Shown here in pieces: positions 50,001-60,311 of a stretch of DNA of 64,000 nt. How positions within the stretch are numbered: position 1 is the stretch's first letter; every line of letters begins with the position of its first letter. A model generated the notes under the pieces. That model saw nothing but the letters and a program-made list of their open reading frames with translations, did not search any database and was not told the DNA's origin. Location: the NCBI RefSeq assembly GCF_000002075.1, contig NW_004797299.1, forward strand, positions 1,723,987-1,787,986, in the 5' to 3' direction. Origin of the DNA: Aplysia californica. Its lineage: Eukaryota. The position numbers were made by a program, and so were the translations under genes.

Positions 50001-50663
50001 ACGGGAGGGAAATTAAAAAATACCAGACAAAATTGTACACTTTTAGACTAACAGTAGTAATGGAACGTTTGTTCACGGCACAGAATTCTACAATTTTTCT
50101 GTTATCACAGTGTAAAATTCTGGGGTTCAGGGTTAGCGCAAAATTGGTTGGCCTAGATCTAGGCTATAACGGTGAATGCACACCGGGTGAGAATAGCCAA
50201 AAGACTCGCCTGCCGGGGTGAGAATAGAGGTGGCCAAAAACAAACATTTTTGTGCATGATTATGACTATGATGGTTTCATTGAACACGCAGACTTGTGCC
50301 TTATTATTGTTGGATTCTCCCGAAAATTTGCATGGTGTGTTTCAAAGAAATTGTCTTCATGATCCCTTCATACCCAGACCAAAGACTATTTATAAATTGA
50401 ACCCCCCCCCCCCCTTTTCGCATATATAGTCTAGATCTAGATCTAGATATATAATCTAGATCTAGATCTAGATCTAGATCTAGATCTAGAAAATCTAGAT
50501 CTAGATTCTAGATCTCTATATATAAAGTTTGAGAGCAGACTAAACTTCTACTGCTGACACTGCGTCTGCTGTGATGCTGTGTGAAATCTCTCACTCACCC
50601 ATAGTGTTCAATGTACGGGCTGTAATAAAAACCATTGTTTCCATCGCCGTTAAGAAGACCCAT
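34061..50663 (-). CDS. R3HDM4: R3H domain-containing protein 4 homolog, 7 exons, 295 aa
   Basis: Exons: 50599-50663 (ACCATGG; MGLLNGDG...; GG|GTGAGT), 41000-41184 (RKRGVRRTRRVDN), 40071-40198 (LKYLINLEE), 37308-37476 (FWNAFMESSEEDQRRVL), 35902-35987 (PAFTPKECYGRV), 35226-35367 (SSYERLLLHALCQYLNL, the R3H motif) and 34061-34173 (FRPPSLLLSEYL*). All introns are GT-AG with consistent phases, 888 nt in total. Exon 1 is assigned by phase and lies across a 100-N gap, so it is less certain. Confidence 0.9.
38615..38773. mobile_element. Small piggyBac-type MITE
   Basis: TTAA|CACCTTGCCCCC...GGGTGGAAAGTG|TTAA. Confidence 0.7.
38792..39901. mobile_element. hAT-type MITE, copy 2 (same family as 11969-12800)
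   Basis: CAGTGGCAGTGGGT...CACCACCACTG with TSD CTTATATG/CTTAAATG. It is colinear with copy 1 apart from a nested insert. Confidence 0.9.
39072..39348. mobile_element. piggyBac-type MITE nested in the hAT MITE
   Basis: TTAA|CTCTTAAGACCC...GGGGTTTAAAGAG|TTAA. Copy 1 of the host MITE has a single TTAA at the same site (~12252). Confidence 0.85.
42719..43143 (-). mobile_element. 3' end of a mariner element (same family as 15289-16627)
   Basis: Reverse complement matches 16190-16627, including the TIR. It encodes ELVRKRLEKLHNGVLLLHDNAPA and sits next to (TA)n. Confidence 0.88.
43144..45130 (-). pseudogene. MULE/Mutator (ZSWIM3-like) transposase pseudogene with a (TG)n-containing intron
   Basis: Encodes a FAR1-like segment (GCEFAIKLR...HNLEC), FAKFPEVLLVDTTYKV, VISDKAFTER, YFNQNWH..RQEW, TNNRIESVFQKLK and a SWIM finger (CSCRFFTAFRLPCRH). 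Donor AAG|GTGAGG is at 44307/44306. Frameshifted. Confidence 0.85.
45208..45307. other. Assembly gap (100 N, true size likely unknown)
   Basis: 100 N. Confidence 1.
45308..48883 (-). mobile_element. Candidate autonomous hAT transposon in R3HDM4 intron 1
   Basis: The 5' terminus CAGGGATGTAAATCC (minus strand) ends at 48883. A hAT-like subterminal GCCCCCCCGGAAAAATTTTTGAAA abuts the gap, where the other TIR is presumably lost. Confidence 0.7.
45611..48193 (-). CDS. Uninterrupted hAT-like transposase, ~860 aa
   Basis: Single ORF with likely start AACATGG at 48193. It has a BED-like finger (AWCCYC...HAKTRVH) and the motifs FSINLDEST, SDSAAYMRG, DVCHHIHN, RWMS and LSIFTGPRVESSFS, plus a basic C-terminus. 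Confidence 0.85.
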   Translation of the reverse strand: MAASMKFVESNAPVDVIDVSSKNKFRWEWLSTKDDHDDFLSGYIRKVGKDGVAWCCYCKTEIKYRSGGLRCFRDHAKTRVHTRNRSIEKSNQRLPAAMQATKDRIDGSSSATCQTLPYGAAPNLECLGIPSSSSSTLTVPTDPSKPVSLKDRVSHQEALLCSFMAEHTISMTMAPHLIDLAKELSKDSKALSQLHMERQTATYKLRYGLSYLEHVRLVNIMKKTPFSINLDESTSKAAHKRVLNVLVSYFSEELKKCVCDLYSSVEMTIVNAETVFDAVRNKLKEDQIPLTNLVSALSDSAAYMRGSVSGFHARLKAVAPHVMDIDGDVCHHIHNAVKKFSSNLDPSEMLSRLLDDLYNDMDFSADLRDDLKCICKHLGLAELVPIQRASHRWMSIYDASARFFEIHNALTLFYSSWLTVEEKQQQQPLLTRILQGIRKDSRLNILSILQRLKSKKLTPAGKERKKRISDRLIKKRQRSLLVANILVSILPLFKSFILTFEQKEPMVHRLHDELTLVLKTFLTCFLTHEYVNSCHIFKVNAYSENVHTLDRVYVGDAAKLILEEMGRSEAQAHMKTVLLSYRETSAYLIQKLPIKNKNLQLLSTLDPELCGHSRAASGLQDLFDLLPKVTDNVQKDTFTTAASSLQNDTKFTSTIKEKKLDKWWSVVLNNPQYAILGPVIKACLSIFTGPRVESSFSIMNNVITNTTNRTQVQTYEAIQKVKYKLLNHQKKSTQFYHREDPVCSPVDPSLCYHMQTAAKRMKSVKKSQVRRIPKFKKTTTSIHERANEARAAIENNTGSLTSSLSAVNASTSSKPEEIVTATCSTQQATVTSQCLKRKTQDDGPTQPHKKKSCIRDFFKK
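49060..50232. repeat. Non-autonomous element with inverted subterminal motifs and an internal ~215-bp direct repeat
   Basis: GCTATTCTCACCCGGTG (49138) versus CACCGGGTGAGAATAGC (50181). Direct repeats start at ~49186 and ~49403 (AATACT.TCTATC.GTGTGGA.GATCAAA...GCCGAACTACGCGGGTC). Confidence 0.65.
50233..50420 (-). mobile_element. 5' end (TIR and leader) of the mariner whose 3' end is at 42719
   Basis: Reverse complement matches 15289-15475 (CCTTCATACCCAGACCAAAGAC...TTGAACCCCCC...CG). Confidence 0.85.
50430..50515. repeat. Palindromic (TCTAGA)n microsatellite
   Basis: About 12 copies of TCTAGA/AGATCT, ~85-170 bp into R3HDM4 intron 1. Confidence 0.9.
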
Positions 50664-51055
50664 GGTTAAAAATACTTTTTCTGAACTAGGAAACAACGCG
50701 TGGAAATTAAAATCAAGTCTAAAAATGTGTCCTGATGGTAAGTCGCCAGTCGACCGCAGCCCAGCAGGATTACAGTCACTGATGAAATTATTATTAGGAA
50801 GTATAAAAATTTCCAATCAAAATAGAAGATTCTCGAAACAAAATATCAGATATAAAATATTGCAGACGCTTTTATTATATATCAAAATATAATAACTCAT
50901 CAGTATGAAAAAAATATCATATCCATTTATTATCAGAATTCATGTACATTTTGAGAAAGAAAGTTTATACTTCAATGTCATAGGTTTGTACTGCAAACGG
51001 TGGCGAAATCAATGTTTTGTAACAGTCTTGACAACAACCAACACAAGACTCTCTT

Positions 51056-51113
51056 AGGTCAAAGGTCACATGCACGGGGCACGAGTGAACTGAAATCTAG
51101 AGGTCAAAGGTTA
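51056..51113 (+). promoter_or_regulatory. Two DR1-type nuclear receptor half-site repeats upstream of R3HDM4
   Basis: AGGTCAAAGGTCA (51056-68) and AGGTCAAAGGTTA (51101-13). These could also be repeat-derived. Confidence 0.3.
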
Positions 51114-51389
51114 AAACTTAAAAACATGCACAACGGTTGTTTTTCATAAGTCGTCAGCATTTTTTTTTTAAAGCGTATCCCTGCTAGATCAAGATCCACA
51201 CTGTTTCAACTCACCTATGCTCTGTTTACAGTTTTCGATGTGTGTTAAATGGAACGATGGATTTTGCTGAAGAGAGCAGAGCAACGGGTTTCATTAGCGA
51301 AGTGGCTAGCCGTGCTCTACTGGCCAGTCCGGAACGCTCGTTACTGCAGTCCTCCCGCTAGTCTAGCCGTCCTTATAAAGTATAAAGTA

Positions 51390-51489
51390 NNNNNNNNNNN
51401 NNNNNNNNNNNNNNNNNNNNNNNNNNNNNNNNNNNNNNNNNNNNNNNNNNNNNNNNNNNNNNNNNNNNNNNNNNNNNNNNNNNNNNNNN
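51390..51489. other. Assembly gap (100 N, true size likely unknown)
   Basis: 100 N. Confidence 1.
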
Positions 51490-51529
51490 AGCAGAAAAGC
51501 CCCGACAGGTCCATGCCAAAGCATCGCGG

Positions 51530-52943
51530 CAATCCCACCGCCTCCGGTTCCGAGTGCACTCCACAACGAATCAATCCTTTGTGGACCAACGAATGCAGCA
51601 AAGTCAAGTAGCCGTTTTATGTTAACTGCTGAAGCTGGTGACAGTTCAGACTGGTGGTGGTGAAGGTGCTGCTGCTGGTGGTGGTGCTGTTGCTGCTGCC
51701 CGGGGTGCTGTTACTGCCACTGGTGGTGGTGCTGTTGCTGCTGCCCGGGGTGCTGTAGAAAAAGTACGGCTTGGTGCCAGTTTGTCAGCGTGCACCACCC
51801 TTTCAGGGTTGTATGGGTAAATCCCACTCTTAGCAAAGCCGTTGAAGGCAACCTCAGGTCTTGTGGTGGCGTCCCAGACAGGCTTCAGTGCTGCTGTGAA
51901 GGTCCTGACACTTATGCTTTCTCCTGTTTGATTCATGACCTTTTGGCACTGTTCCCCCCAAGCCTGCTTCATGGCCCCAAACAGAGATTGGTCCAAGGGC
52001 TGGATGATGTGTGAGGCGTGGCTCTTTAGGCAGTAGAGCAGTATCTGCTCCTCGATGCAGAGATCGATCACCTCAATGTTGGAAGTGTGCGAGGTGTGGC
52101 CGTCGACGAATAGCACAACCGGTTTCCTCTTGTGGGCGACAGCTGGTACGAAGCAGTCCCTGAGCCAGGACATAAACACGTCGGTGTTTATCCATCCATT
52201 GGGAGAAATCTGGAATTTTGCCTCTGGGAAGCCAGCCATCAGATCGAAAGCAGTCTCCTCTTGTAGGGGAAGATTATAAATGGTACGACGTAGTGGCCGT
52301 TGGCAGAGCAACACGCAAGTACGGTGAGGCTCTGCTTGGTGTTGCTGGAAAGGTTGTAGACATGTTTACTCCCTTTTGCTGCTACCACTTTTTGGGGCTT
52401 GGGGCACAGATGGAAGCCTGTCTCATCGGCATTGTACAGCCGATCCGGTGATGTGAGGAGTGTTGGATCTACGCTGTCCAAATATTCCTTCATGTCTCGA
52501 AACCAGGCAGCCAGTCCGTCCGGCGTTACCAGGGCTCGCTCCTTCCCTAGAGCTGATGGCGTCCTGCTAGAAAGGTCTGGGTTCCTTTTAAAGAAGTCTT
52601 TTAGCCACTGTTTGCTCGGACGGTTGTCAGGGCTACTCGTGACTGCCTGGCGTGAATCAAGAATAGCCTTGACGGTGTCCTTGATTTCCTGCTTCGACTT
52701 TCCGAAACCTCTCCTGGCACACTCCTTGAGCCATTCGCTGAGCTTAAGTTCCTCTTCCCTAGTGAGTAGGGTACGCGGCTGGGGGTTAACAGGCCGTCTG
52801 CCTCGTACCTTGTCCCCGAGAGTAGCATATGGAATGCCGAAAGCCTTGCTTGCTCCATTGAGGGACATGGATCCATCTTTGACGGCTTGTATGGCCACCA
52901 GCAATGTCGCTTGTGTATAGGGATGTCGAGGTACTGGTGCCAT
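51530..52943 (-). pseudogene. pogo/Fot-like transposase (HTH-psq + CENP-B HTH + DDD) with a frameshift near 52280
   Basis: Encodes SLNGASKAFGIPYATLGDKV, LTREEELKLSEWL, LYNADETG, FVDGHTSH and IIQPLD (36 residues between the last two Asp), then an Ala/Pro-rich repeat tail. Confidence 0.9.
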
Positions 52944-53965
52944 GATGTTGAATAAACTGGAGAAAAAAAAATCGAAGGTATCCATTAGATACAGAGCAGA
53001 AAAAAAATTATTCCTGTAAATGAACGTGAAAGTAGAGTTATTTAGATAGCTTATAAAGTTGTCGGTTTGACTGTTGAGACGTCAGGGGCACGGTAAGGAT
53101 GTGTGTGTGTGCATGCGTGCGTGAATATTGTTTATTTATGTAAAGCGCATAGAGCTGTGTTCACACGGGAGTGGACGCTACAGAAAGGATCTTCATTATT
53201 ATTATTATGTATCCAGAAAGATAATAAACAAAGCAGGTCTTCTCTTAAAAAGGGGAAAGATGATAAACGAAGGGTAAATCTATAGATCTAGCTCAGAAAG
53301 GCTTAAAAGTCTAAATTACAGTTAAGAAAGTAAAAGAATAAGTTGTCAGATGCGTAGTCTAGTAATTTACTGGTCTTTTAAATGGTAAGAAGCAATCAAG
53401 ACTAGTTAGCGCATAAGAATCCTAATTTAAAACAGGTCATATCCATCCGCTAAGTCCTGGCGCATAACATCCAAATTCAGGTCACGGGAATATTCATGCG
53501 CTATCCTCGTGATCAACCAAAGGGAGGCTAACCTCGGCCTGAAATTATAATTAGACATGAGATCATCCCTATTTTTACCTATTTAGGCCATGCTATGTCT
53601 TGTGGGAGAATATTGTCGAATGCAAAAGCTTGCTATCATGACCCTGTTGCTTAGCAATTTTGTAAAAAAGTAGGATGAAACAATTCTTACCTCGATTTTC
53701 CGGGACAGTGTCAACAACGAAAGTGAAAGCGCCTGTGCAAAGGGCTGGAAACGACCGGATGTTGTGATGAACGAAAATTCGAAATTGAAACCGGCGATAT
53801 CAATTAGATTCCGCAAAATAGATTCAGTTTGATTACGTAATCAAGCCGGCCATTTTGAATATATTATCAGCCCAACAGATATCGAGTTCAAATTTTTATG
53901 ACGCTAAAATATTGAATTATCAATTAGATTCTGGTAAGAGTGTATTTGACCATCTGTGAATGATA

Positions 53966-54214
53966 TGAACCTGATAAGATGAAAGATATGGGCATTTCAA
54001 GAGTGCAAGAAGAAAATTGTGAAAGGCACTGGAGCAGCCAAAATCGGATGTATTTTCGGATCGCACAGGTGGGTCAGCGCAAGTCAAATATCTGAACCTG
54101 ATAAGAGGAAATATATGGGCATTTCAAGAGTGCAAGAAGAAAATTGTGAAAGGCACTGGAGCAGCCAAAATCGGAGGTATTTTCGGATCGCACAGGTGGG
54201 TCAGCACAAGTCAT
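53966..54214. repeat. Tandem duplication of a ~127-bp unit
   Basis: TGAACCTGATAAGA...GGGCATTTCAAGAGTGCAAGAAG...GGTGGGTCAGC starts at 53966 and 54093. The two copies are nearly identical. Confidence 0.9.
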
Positions 54215-54663
54215 ATTTTCTAAATAACCAATGTTACGAGTGTTTTGAAATGGAACAAACTTTGAAAATACTGTAAGCTGTGGTGGGAAAATTTACCATT
54301 GACTAGTGCTAGTTGTAAATGTGTGGTGTTTGCGTTTGATAATTATCTGAAAAATAACACGTATGTCCTGACTGTGACGGAACAAAATATCAAGGTTAGT
54401 AATACTCACAACATTGAACACAAATATTAGTATGAAGTTTGAAGTAAAAGATCAACTTACCCACTGAAGTCTTGAAGATTTTCAGGTAAGTATTCCGTCG
54501 TAAAGAATTTCACGTACACCCGCAGAGAATTTCACACAACACATTTGAAAAACATTTCAGAAGGCCTAATACAATTGGGCAGAGGAAAACCCCCCCACCA
54601 AAAACCCCCCCCAAAAAACCCCCACACACACAACTATGTACAGAACTCCCAATTCCAGAATCC

Positions 54664-54880
54664 TCACTGCATCAGCTGCTCTCTTGCAGCCTTGATGTCC
54701 TTTGCAGTGTGATATATGCGGAAACAGTCCTCGATACAAAGGGCAACATTGCACTCCGGGCAGTAGTGTCGGGTCTGGGCACGTTTTTTTACCGTGGCAC
54801 AGACCTTGCACACAGGGCGGTGCTTGGCATCTGCAAACTTTGAAGGGGAGTGCCCAAAAGCTGCTGCACAGAGGCTGCAC
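54664..54880 (-). mobile_element. piggyBac C-terminal cysteine-rich domain fragment
   Basis: CKVC...QTRHYCPECNVALCIEDCFRIYH. Confidence 0.85.
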
Positions 54881-56310
54881 ATCTTCATCAAAATGTTCAC
54901 AATTCTCTTAATAGCAGAGGCAGGCATACTGTATTCAAGTCCGAAAAAATTTTGGAAATGGGACAGCATCCAGGCTAGTCGTCTCCGGCAAAAAACGGTG
55001 TCTGAGTTCTTTAAAAAATATGACAAAAGCACAAAGTAAAGGCATTCCTCTGAAGGGCGTGTTAGATCGCCACGGTTGATGGCATCGAAGTATGTCTTCA
55101 TCTCGTCGTCACAATCGGTAAGTGTTCCAGACAGTTCCGGGTGGTGGTGGGCTACATAGCCAGCAATGTAGTAAATAGCCATTGTCTCATCTGGAGACAT
55201 TTTGCTGGTGGAAAAATCCTCAGCCATACCATCAATAAGTTCGAGGTCTTTCAGGGGAAATGGCTTTTCACACAAACTACAAGAGTGGATAGTATTGGTC
55301 TCTTCACTTAAGTCAATTAGGGACAAAAGTAACCTTGCTCTGTCCAGGGCATGGGTGCTAAAAACTTCCCTCACAGTTATGTAATAATTGCACCCAGCGG
55401 AGCGCCTGAAATGGCCGAAGTGGTGTTCCAGGTCATCCTGTTGCCAATCGCCAAAGCAGACATACTGGTGACGGTAGGCCTCTGTTGTTGTGATGAGGTG
55501 CTGAGCTAAAGCAGAAAAGCCCCGACAGGTCCATGCCAAAGCATCGGCAGTGTTGACAGTTAAAGATTTGACCCTGACTCTGCCGCTTGCTCGCATTGTC
55601 TGGGCAATATTTGCCCACTCTTCTAAAAGTACTCTGGCCCTCTCACCATTTACCCCAGTGTCATACGGGATTCTGTCAGGGTCATGGAGATGAATATGTT
55701 GTGCTGGCGACTTGCAGTTCCACAGCTTCCACAACTTCAGAACAAATGTAATGAAGCATGCAGTGTCCTTCCATCGATCCGTGCTTCCTGCCGATGTCAC
55801 TAAAGCACTTCTCGTTTCATCGCAAAAAACTTTCAGTGCAAGTTATACCTTCTGCTTTTCTTGGTTGGAAGGCTGCACACACACTTTGTTCAACCTGGAG
55901 AGCTTGACCGGAGCACCTTCTTCTTGCTGGTACAACTCTTCAAGCGACGCCCATGTCGCTTCTTTCCTTTCACCGCTCTGAGAACCATTTGAGGGGAAAC
56001 ACAGAGTTTTCGTTTTGTCTGATCCAATTATTTCGAATGTTCTTCAGTAAATTATGAACAGGATCAAAAAGAAGAAAAAGGGGCTTTGATGGATGGCTTA
56101 AAGAAGGAACCACCCAGGGTGTTGAAGCGGTAAATCCAGGAAACTATTTAAAATATATGACTGATTAACCTTACTGTTGTCATTTATAATACCAAGAACA
56201 GTCGCACCTGATTTCTCCAATGATTGAATAAGCTCTGACACAATATTATATTGGAAACGTGAAGAGAGCGCATGACAGGGAACCATCTTTCCTATAAATT
56301 TCTTGCCAGT
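54880..56310 (-). pseudogene. P-element/THAP9-like transposase fragment
   Basis: Encodes GATVLGIINDNSKVNQ, FLFDPVH..KNIRNNW, EKQKV*LALKVF, QQDDLEHHFGHFRRSAGCNY, YYIAGYVA and INRGDLTRPS. It has stops and frameshifts and lacks the THAP N-terminus. Confidence 0.85.
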
Positions 56311-56619
56311 ACATGGATCACATACTTCTTGATTCGAATCAACACCAGCACTTAATAATATCCTGAAAACAGAATTTATGCCATAAAGCACAATAATAGT
56401 CAACTATCACATTCAAATCGGGAGCAAGGCTAATGAAACACACTCTGAATGAATACTTAAGAGCACGCACACAACACAGCACGGCACGCCATTGTCTACG
56501 ACACCTTGTTAGCCTTGTAGGCCTACACTCGGTTCAAATTTGCCCCCGGCCTTCTCGATAAGCCCTCTCGACCCTTTGTTTACATTCGGCTGCTGTTCCT
56601 GCTTTAGTTCCGATATCCT

Positions 56620-57112
56620 CGGGTCAGGCCGAATGACATGGGCGAAGTTGAAAGTCGAGCTGCTCTCCACCACAGCAGCAACTTTAGTCCTTTGCAGCCG
56701 CTTCTTAATAAGACCAAAGCACCAGTCCGGGCTAAGCTTGGGTGTGGCCAGTAATCAAAAAACTCATTTTGATGCTACAGTGACGGCTAGTCGTGACACG
56801 CCACAGTAGGTAATTCATCATCACGCTGTTCTTATTCTGTCCCGAACAATTGTCAGCATGAATGTGGAGATCCTTTTCACCAAGTCCATAGTTGCTAAGG
56901 AAGTGGTGAAGCAGGGAAATCACACAGTCAGCACCTTTGCCGGGCGAACACGCTTCGTCTATCGAGTAGTTTATCTGTTTAGATAATGCTTCACAGTGGA
57001 TCCCGAAAAGCCCACACTTCCTGGGGGTCTTGAAGTAAGTGGGCCCTGACTGAAGTGGGTCGGACGAGTACTGCACTTGCTGTGCAAAATCAAAACTGTA
57101 ATGGACAACACT
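56620..57112 (-). pseudogene. Sola-like DDD transposase catalytic fragment
   Basis: HYSFDFAQQVQY...YFKTPRKCGLFG, GKGADCVIS, HADNCSGQNKN, ITGHT, then a frameshift to PDWCFGLIKK. Confidence 0.7.
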
Positions 57113-58138
57113 ATCTTATTATTGTAATAGAAACCCAAAATAATAGTGTAATCAAAACAAATGAGCGTGTAAGGCTACACCTGATACAACACATGTAAAA
57201 GAAGTATGTGTTTCGTGGTAGAAAAAATGTTGTTTAGGCTTGTTCTCACAATGAAAACTAGGCAGTAACCAAATAGTAGAGTAATTACAACAAACAACAA
57301 GAATTTGTTAGACTTTTTTACAACAGAATGTGTTCCTTTTGTTTTTTTTACCTTCCACAATATAAGGAAAGGGTTCTAATGAACAGAAGATGGGGGCTCT
57401 TGTCTGTCCGCCATCTTGAATTACTCTCTTTTGTACAAAAATCAAAGCAAGAACAAAAGAATTCACCTCTATAAGCTAAATAGAGGGCATATATAAATGT
57501 ATGCAGCTCGAATTGCGATGTCTGAGAGCCAAAGGGAGGCTCCTCCAGCAATATTAGCCCTGGAAACGCTCACCGTGTTACCGGAAGTGAACCACCAGAA
57601 ATGCCCGGTCGCCACGGCCGGTTGTTTACAAATATGGGGGTGTGGCAGACGGCAGAGCTATCAGCTGAGATTTTTCCTGCTCCTGAAAATTGACCATTTA
57701 CGGCTAAATGAATGATAAAAGACTAAAACCATATACTTTCTGAAAGCTGATATAATGAGACATTAAAAAATAATACTTATAATGATGGAAAATATTTTTA
57801 TGTGTTTTTTTTTCACAGGTTAGAAATTTGAATTTTCAAGTTTTACAGGTATTTGGACAAAAATTAAAGACAAAGATCTACTTATGTGACTTACCTTGGC
57901 AAATAAATCATTTTTTTAACCATCAGAAACACACCACAGTAATAGTAATCCACTTTGAATAGCACAAACCTGAAAAAGAAACAAAAAAATATTCTCCCCC
58001 TCTCAGTCCCTGGCACTGAATATCAGTTTTATAACCAGGTTGCTGGCTTGGGACTGTCTCACCCCATTAGGAGTAGTCCTAAAAAGGGCTGTTTGGGGGG
58101 GGGGGGGACTGTTCACTCCAGCTGCTGCTGCCTCCTCT

Positions 58139-59592
58139 TCAAACCACGCTTATATTATAGTCCCTGCAAGAGTGGTAAATTTTGAAGCAAGGGGTGATAT
58201 GCAGGCCTACTTTGCATGATGGGCACTCATAGCGTGAGTGTTTGCACTTCCCAGTTTCTGAGCATACGACGCAGTCACTCTGGGGGGTTCTGAACCTTGG
58301 CACCTGGCTTGGGTACGATGAGTTCAGCAAAGTGACGACCTGTCAGGCGGAGAAGTGCGGATTCCCGGAGCTCAGTGGGACTCGTGGTGTTGCTGAGAGG
58401 GGTGGGCATGAAGGAAATCAGAAGCTTGGCCAGCTCCTGGGGGAAATTGCGGTGGGTAAACTTCTTAGCAGAAGTAGCTTTGTGCACTTAGTGCACGATG
58501 AAAGCGTTGAGGACGCCCAGCATAAACTTATGGGGAAACGCCTTCTTCCACCACTTCCCCCGAGTCTGTCGCTTGAAAGCGTTGTAGCTGACCATCTGAT
58601 CGCTCCGATCAACCGCTCCCATGTATTTGTTGTACTCGGCAACAGCTAGGTAATTCCCTGGTGACGGGGTTTGTGCGGCCTGTGGTAACGATGTTGTCAT
58701 TATGCGCTGAGGTCAGCACATTCTCTTCCCTCTTGTCAAAGAACCTCAGCAAGTTGAAAGTGCCGTTAGTGAGGCTGACTGAGGGGTCGCCCTTCTTCGG
58801 TTTCGGGAGCATATACTTCGGAGGGGCCATGTCTTTTGTTCAGTCGAAGAGTTCCACAGGCCAGAGTGCGCTGGTTCTTCAGAGAAGTGAAGAGGTCGTG
58901 ACTTGTGTAGTAGTTATCCACGTACAAGACACGACCACAGCCGAGGAAAGGCGTTTTGAGTTGGTCAACGACGTCGTACGTGGCTCCGAACGTTGAACTG
59001 TCCTGCTTCCCGGTGGAAAACTCCAGGTTGGAGCAGTAGCCCGTTGCGCTGTCACACAGTTCAAAATCTTTGATGCAGGACTTGTCTGGCTTGTTTGGGT
59101 TGTAAACCCGGAAGGCAAGAGGACCCCTCCAAGCCACCGTGGCCCCATCTAAAGCGATGTTCCTTCCCGGCTTGAACACACGAAGAAAGTTGTCTTTCAG
59201 GCTGGTGACAAAGTTTCTGATCTTGAACAACGGGTCTTGGTCAGCTTGTCCTTGTGGCACCTGCTCCCTGTTGTTGCAAACATGAAGGAAGGACAGAATC
59301 AGGCAGAAACGGTCCCACTTCATTATCGATCGAAACAGTGGCAGGCTGAAGATCTCGTCCTCGCTCCAGTACTCGTCGAGATCGTCAATGACGACGAGGC
59401 CCATGGCTATCACTAGCTCGAAAAAGACCCACATCTCCTTGACGGTCACGTCCACCCGGCTTTTGAAACGGGAAGAAGGACTCGCCTCCTTGTCCTGCAA
59501 AGTGTCGGCAGCATATCTGAAAAATAAAGATAAAAACACTCCCATCTATACTACTCATCACCTCGCTCGCTCTCTCTCTGTCTCTCCCTCTT

Positions 59593-59634
<42 letters not shown>

Positions 59635-60042
59635 ACAGACACTCAAATCACCTGTCTGTCTCTGTGACGATGGACTCCATCATCGTCCTGTTGATCATGA
59701 GGCTCAGGTAGTCAATGGAGTTGCATCTGGCTCCATTTCCACTCGGAGACTGGGGTCTCCAGTGAACGAAAAGTTGATTGGGGTTGACGATCCCTCTCTC
59801 CACGCTCTGTTCTCTTCCTTCTCCCTGCCGTTATCCTCCTCATCGGGTCGTCTTCGATTGATGGGAGGGACGTTGCTCTGAGTCGAAGATGGCGACTCAG
59901 CAGGCTCCTCTATGTCAGAGTCGGCGTCGACAACTGACAAAAACTCGGTGATGAATGACCCACTGGGCCCATCAGTCAACAAACTTCTCAGCACAGAGGG
60001 ATTACTGAGATCCAATACCTCGAAACCAGAAGGCAATGCCAT
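58139..60042 (-). pseudogene. piggyBac (PGBD4-like) transposase pseudogene with one intron
   Basis: ATG at 60042. Intron 59517-59651 contains (GA)n and splits ETDR|YA. Motifs: DPLFKIR, IALDG, YNPNKPDK, YVDNYYTS, YNKYMGAVDRSDQ, and CRD CVVC...CPSCKVGLHITPCFKIYH. Several frameshifts. Confidence 0.9.
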
Positions 60043-60311
60043 TGTTATCAGACAAAAGGCGTACAACAAAAGGCTCCGAAAGCTGTTCAAGAGTTGAAGT
60101 GATGCAGATCAAAGGCAAACAGCAGTCAACAAAAGACGCGCAGTTTTTTTTTCATTCTTTGCCTATGTAAAGATGAGGGATAAAAGTTTTTTTTCTTCTA
60201 TTTTTAGATACCAAATAAGTAGGTCACATATGCAAATGAACAATCATACGCACATCCTTGTGTTTTTTTAACTGCTGTGCCGGCAAAGGTAATCTTTTCC
60301 ACCATGGCCAA

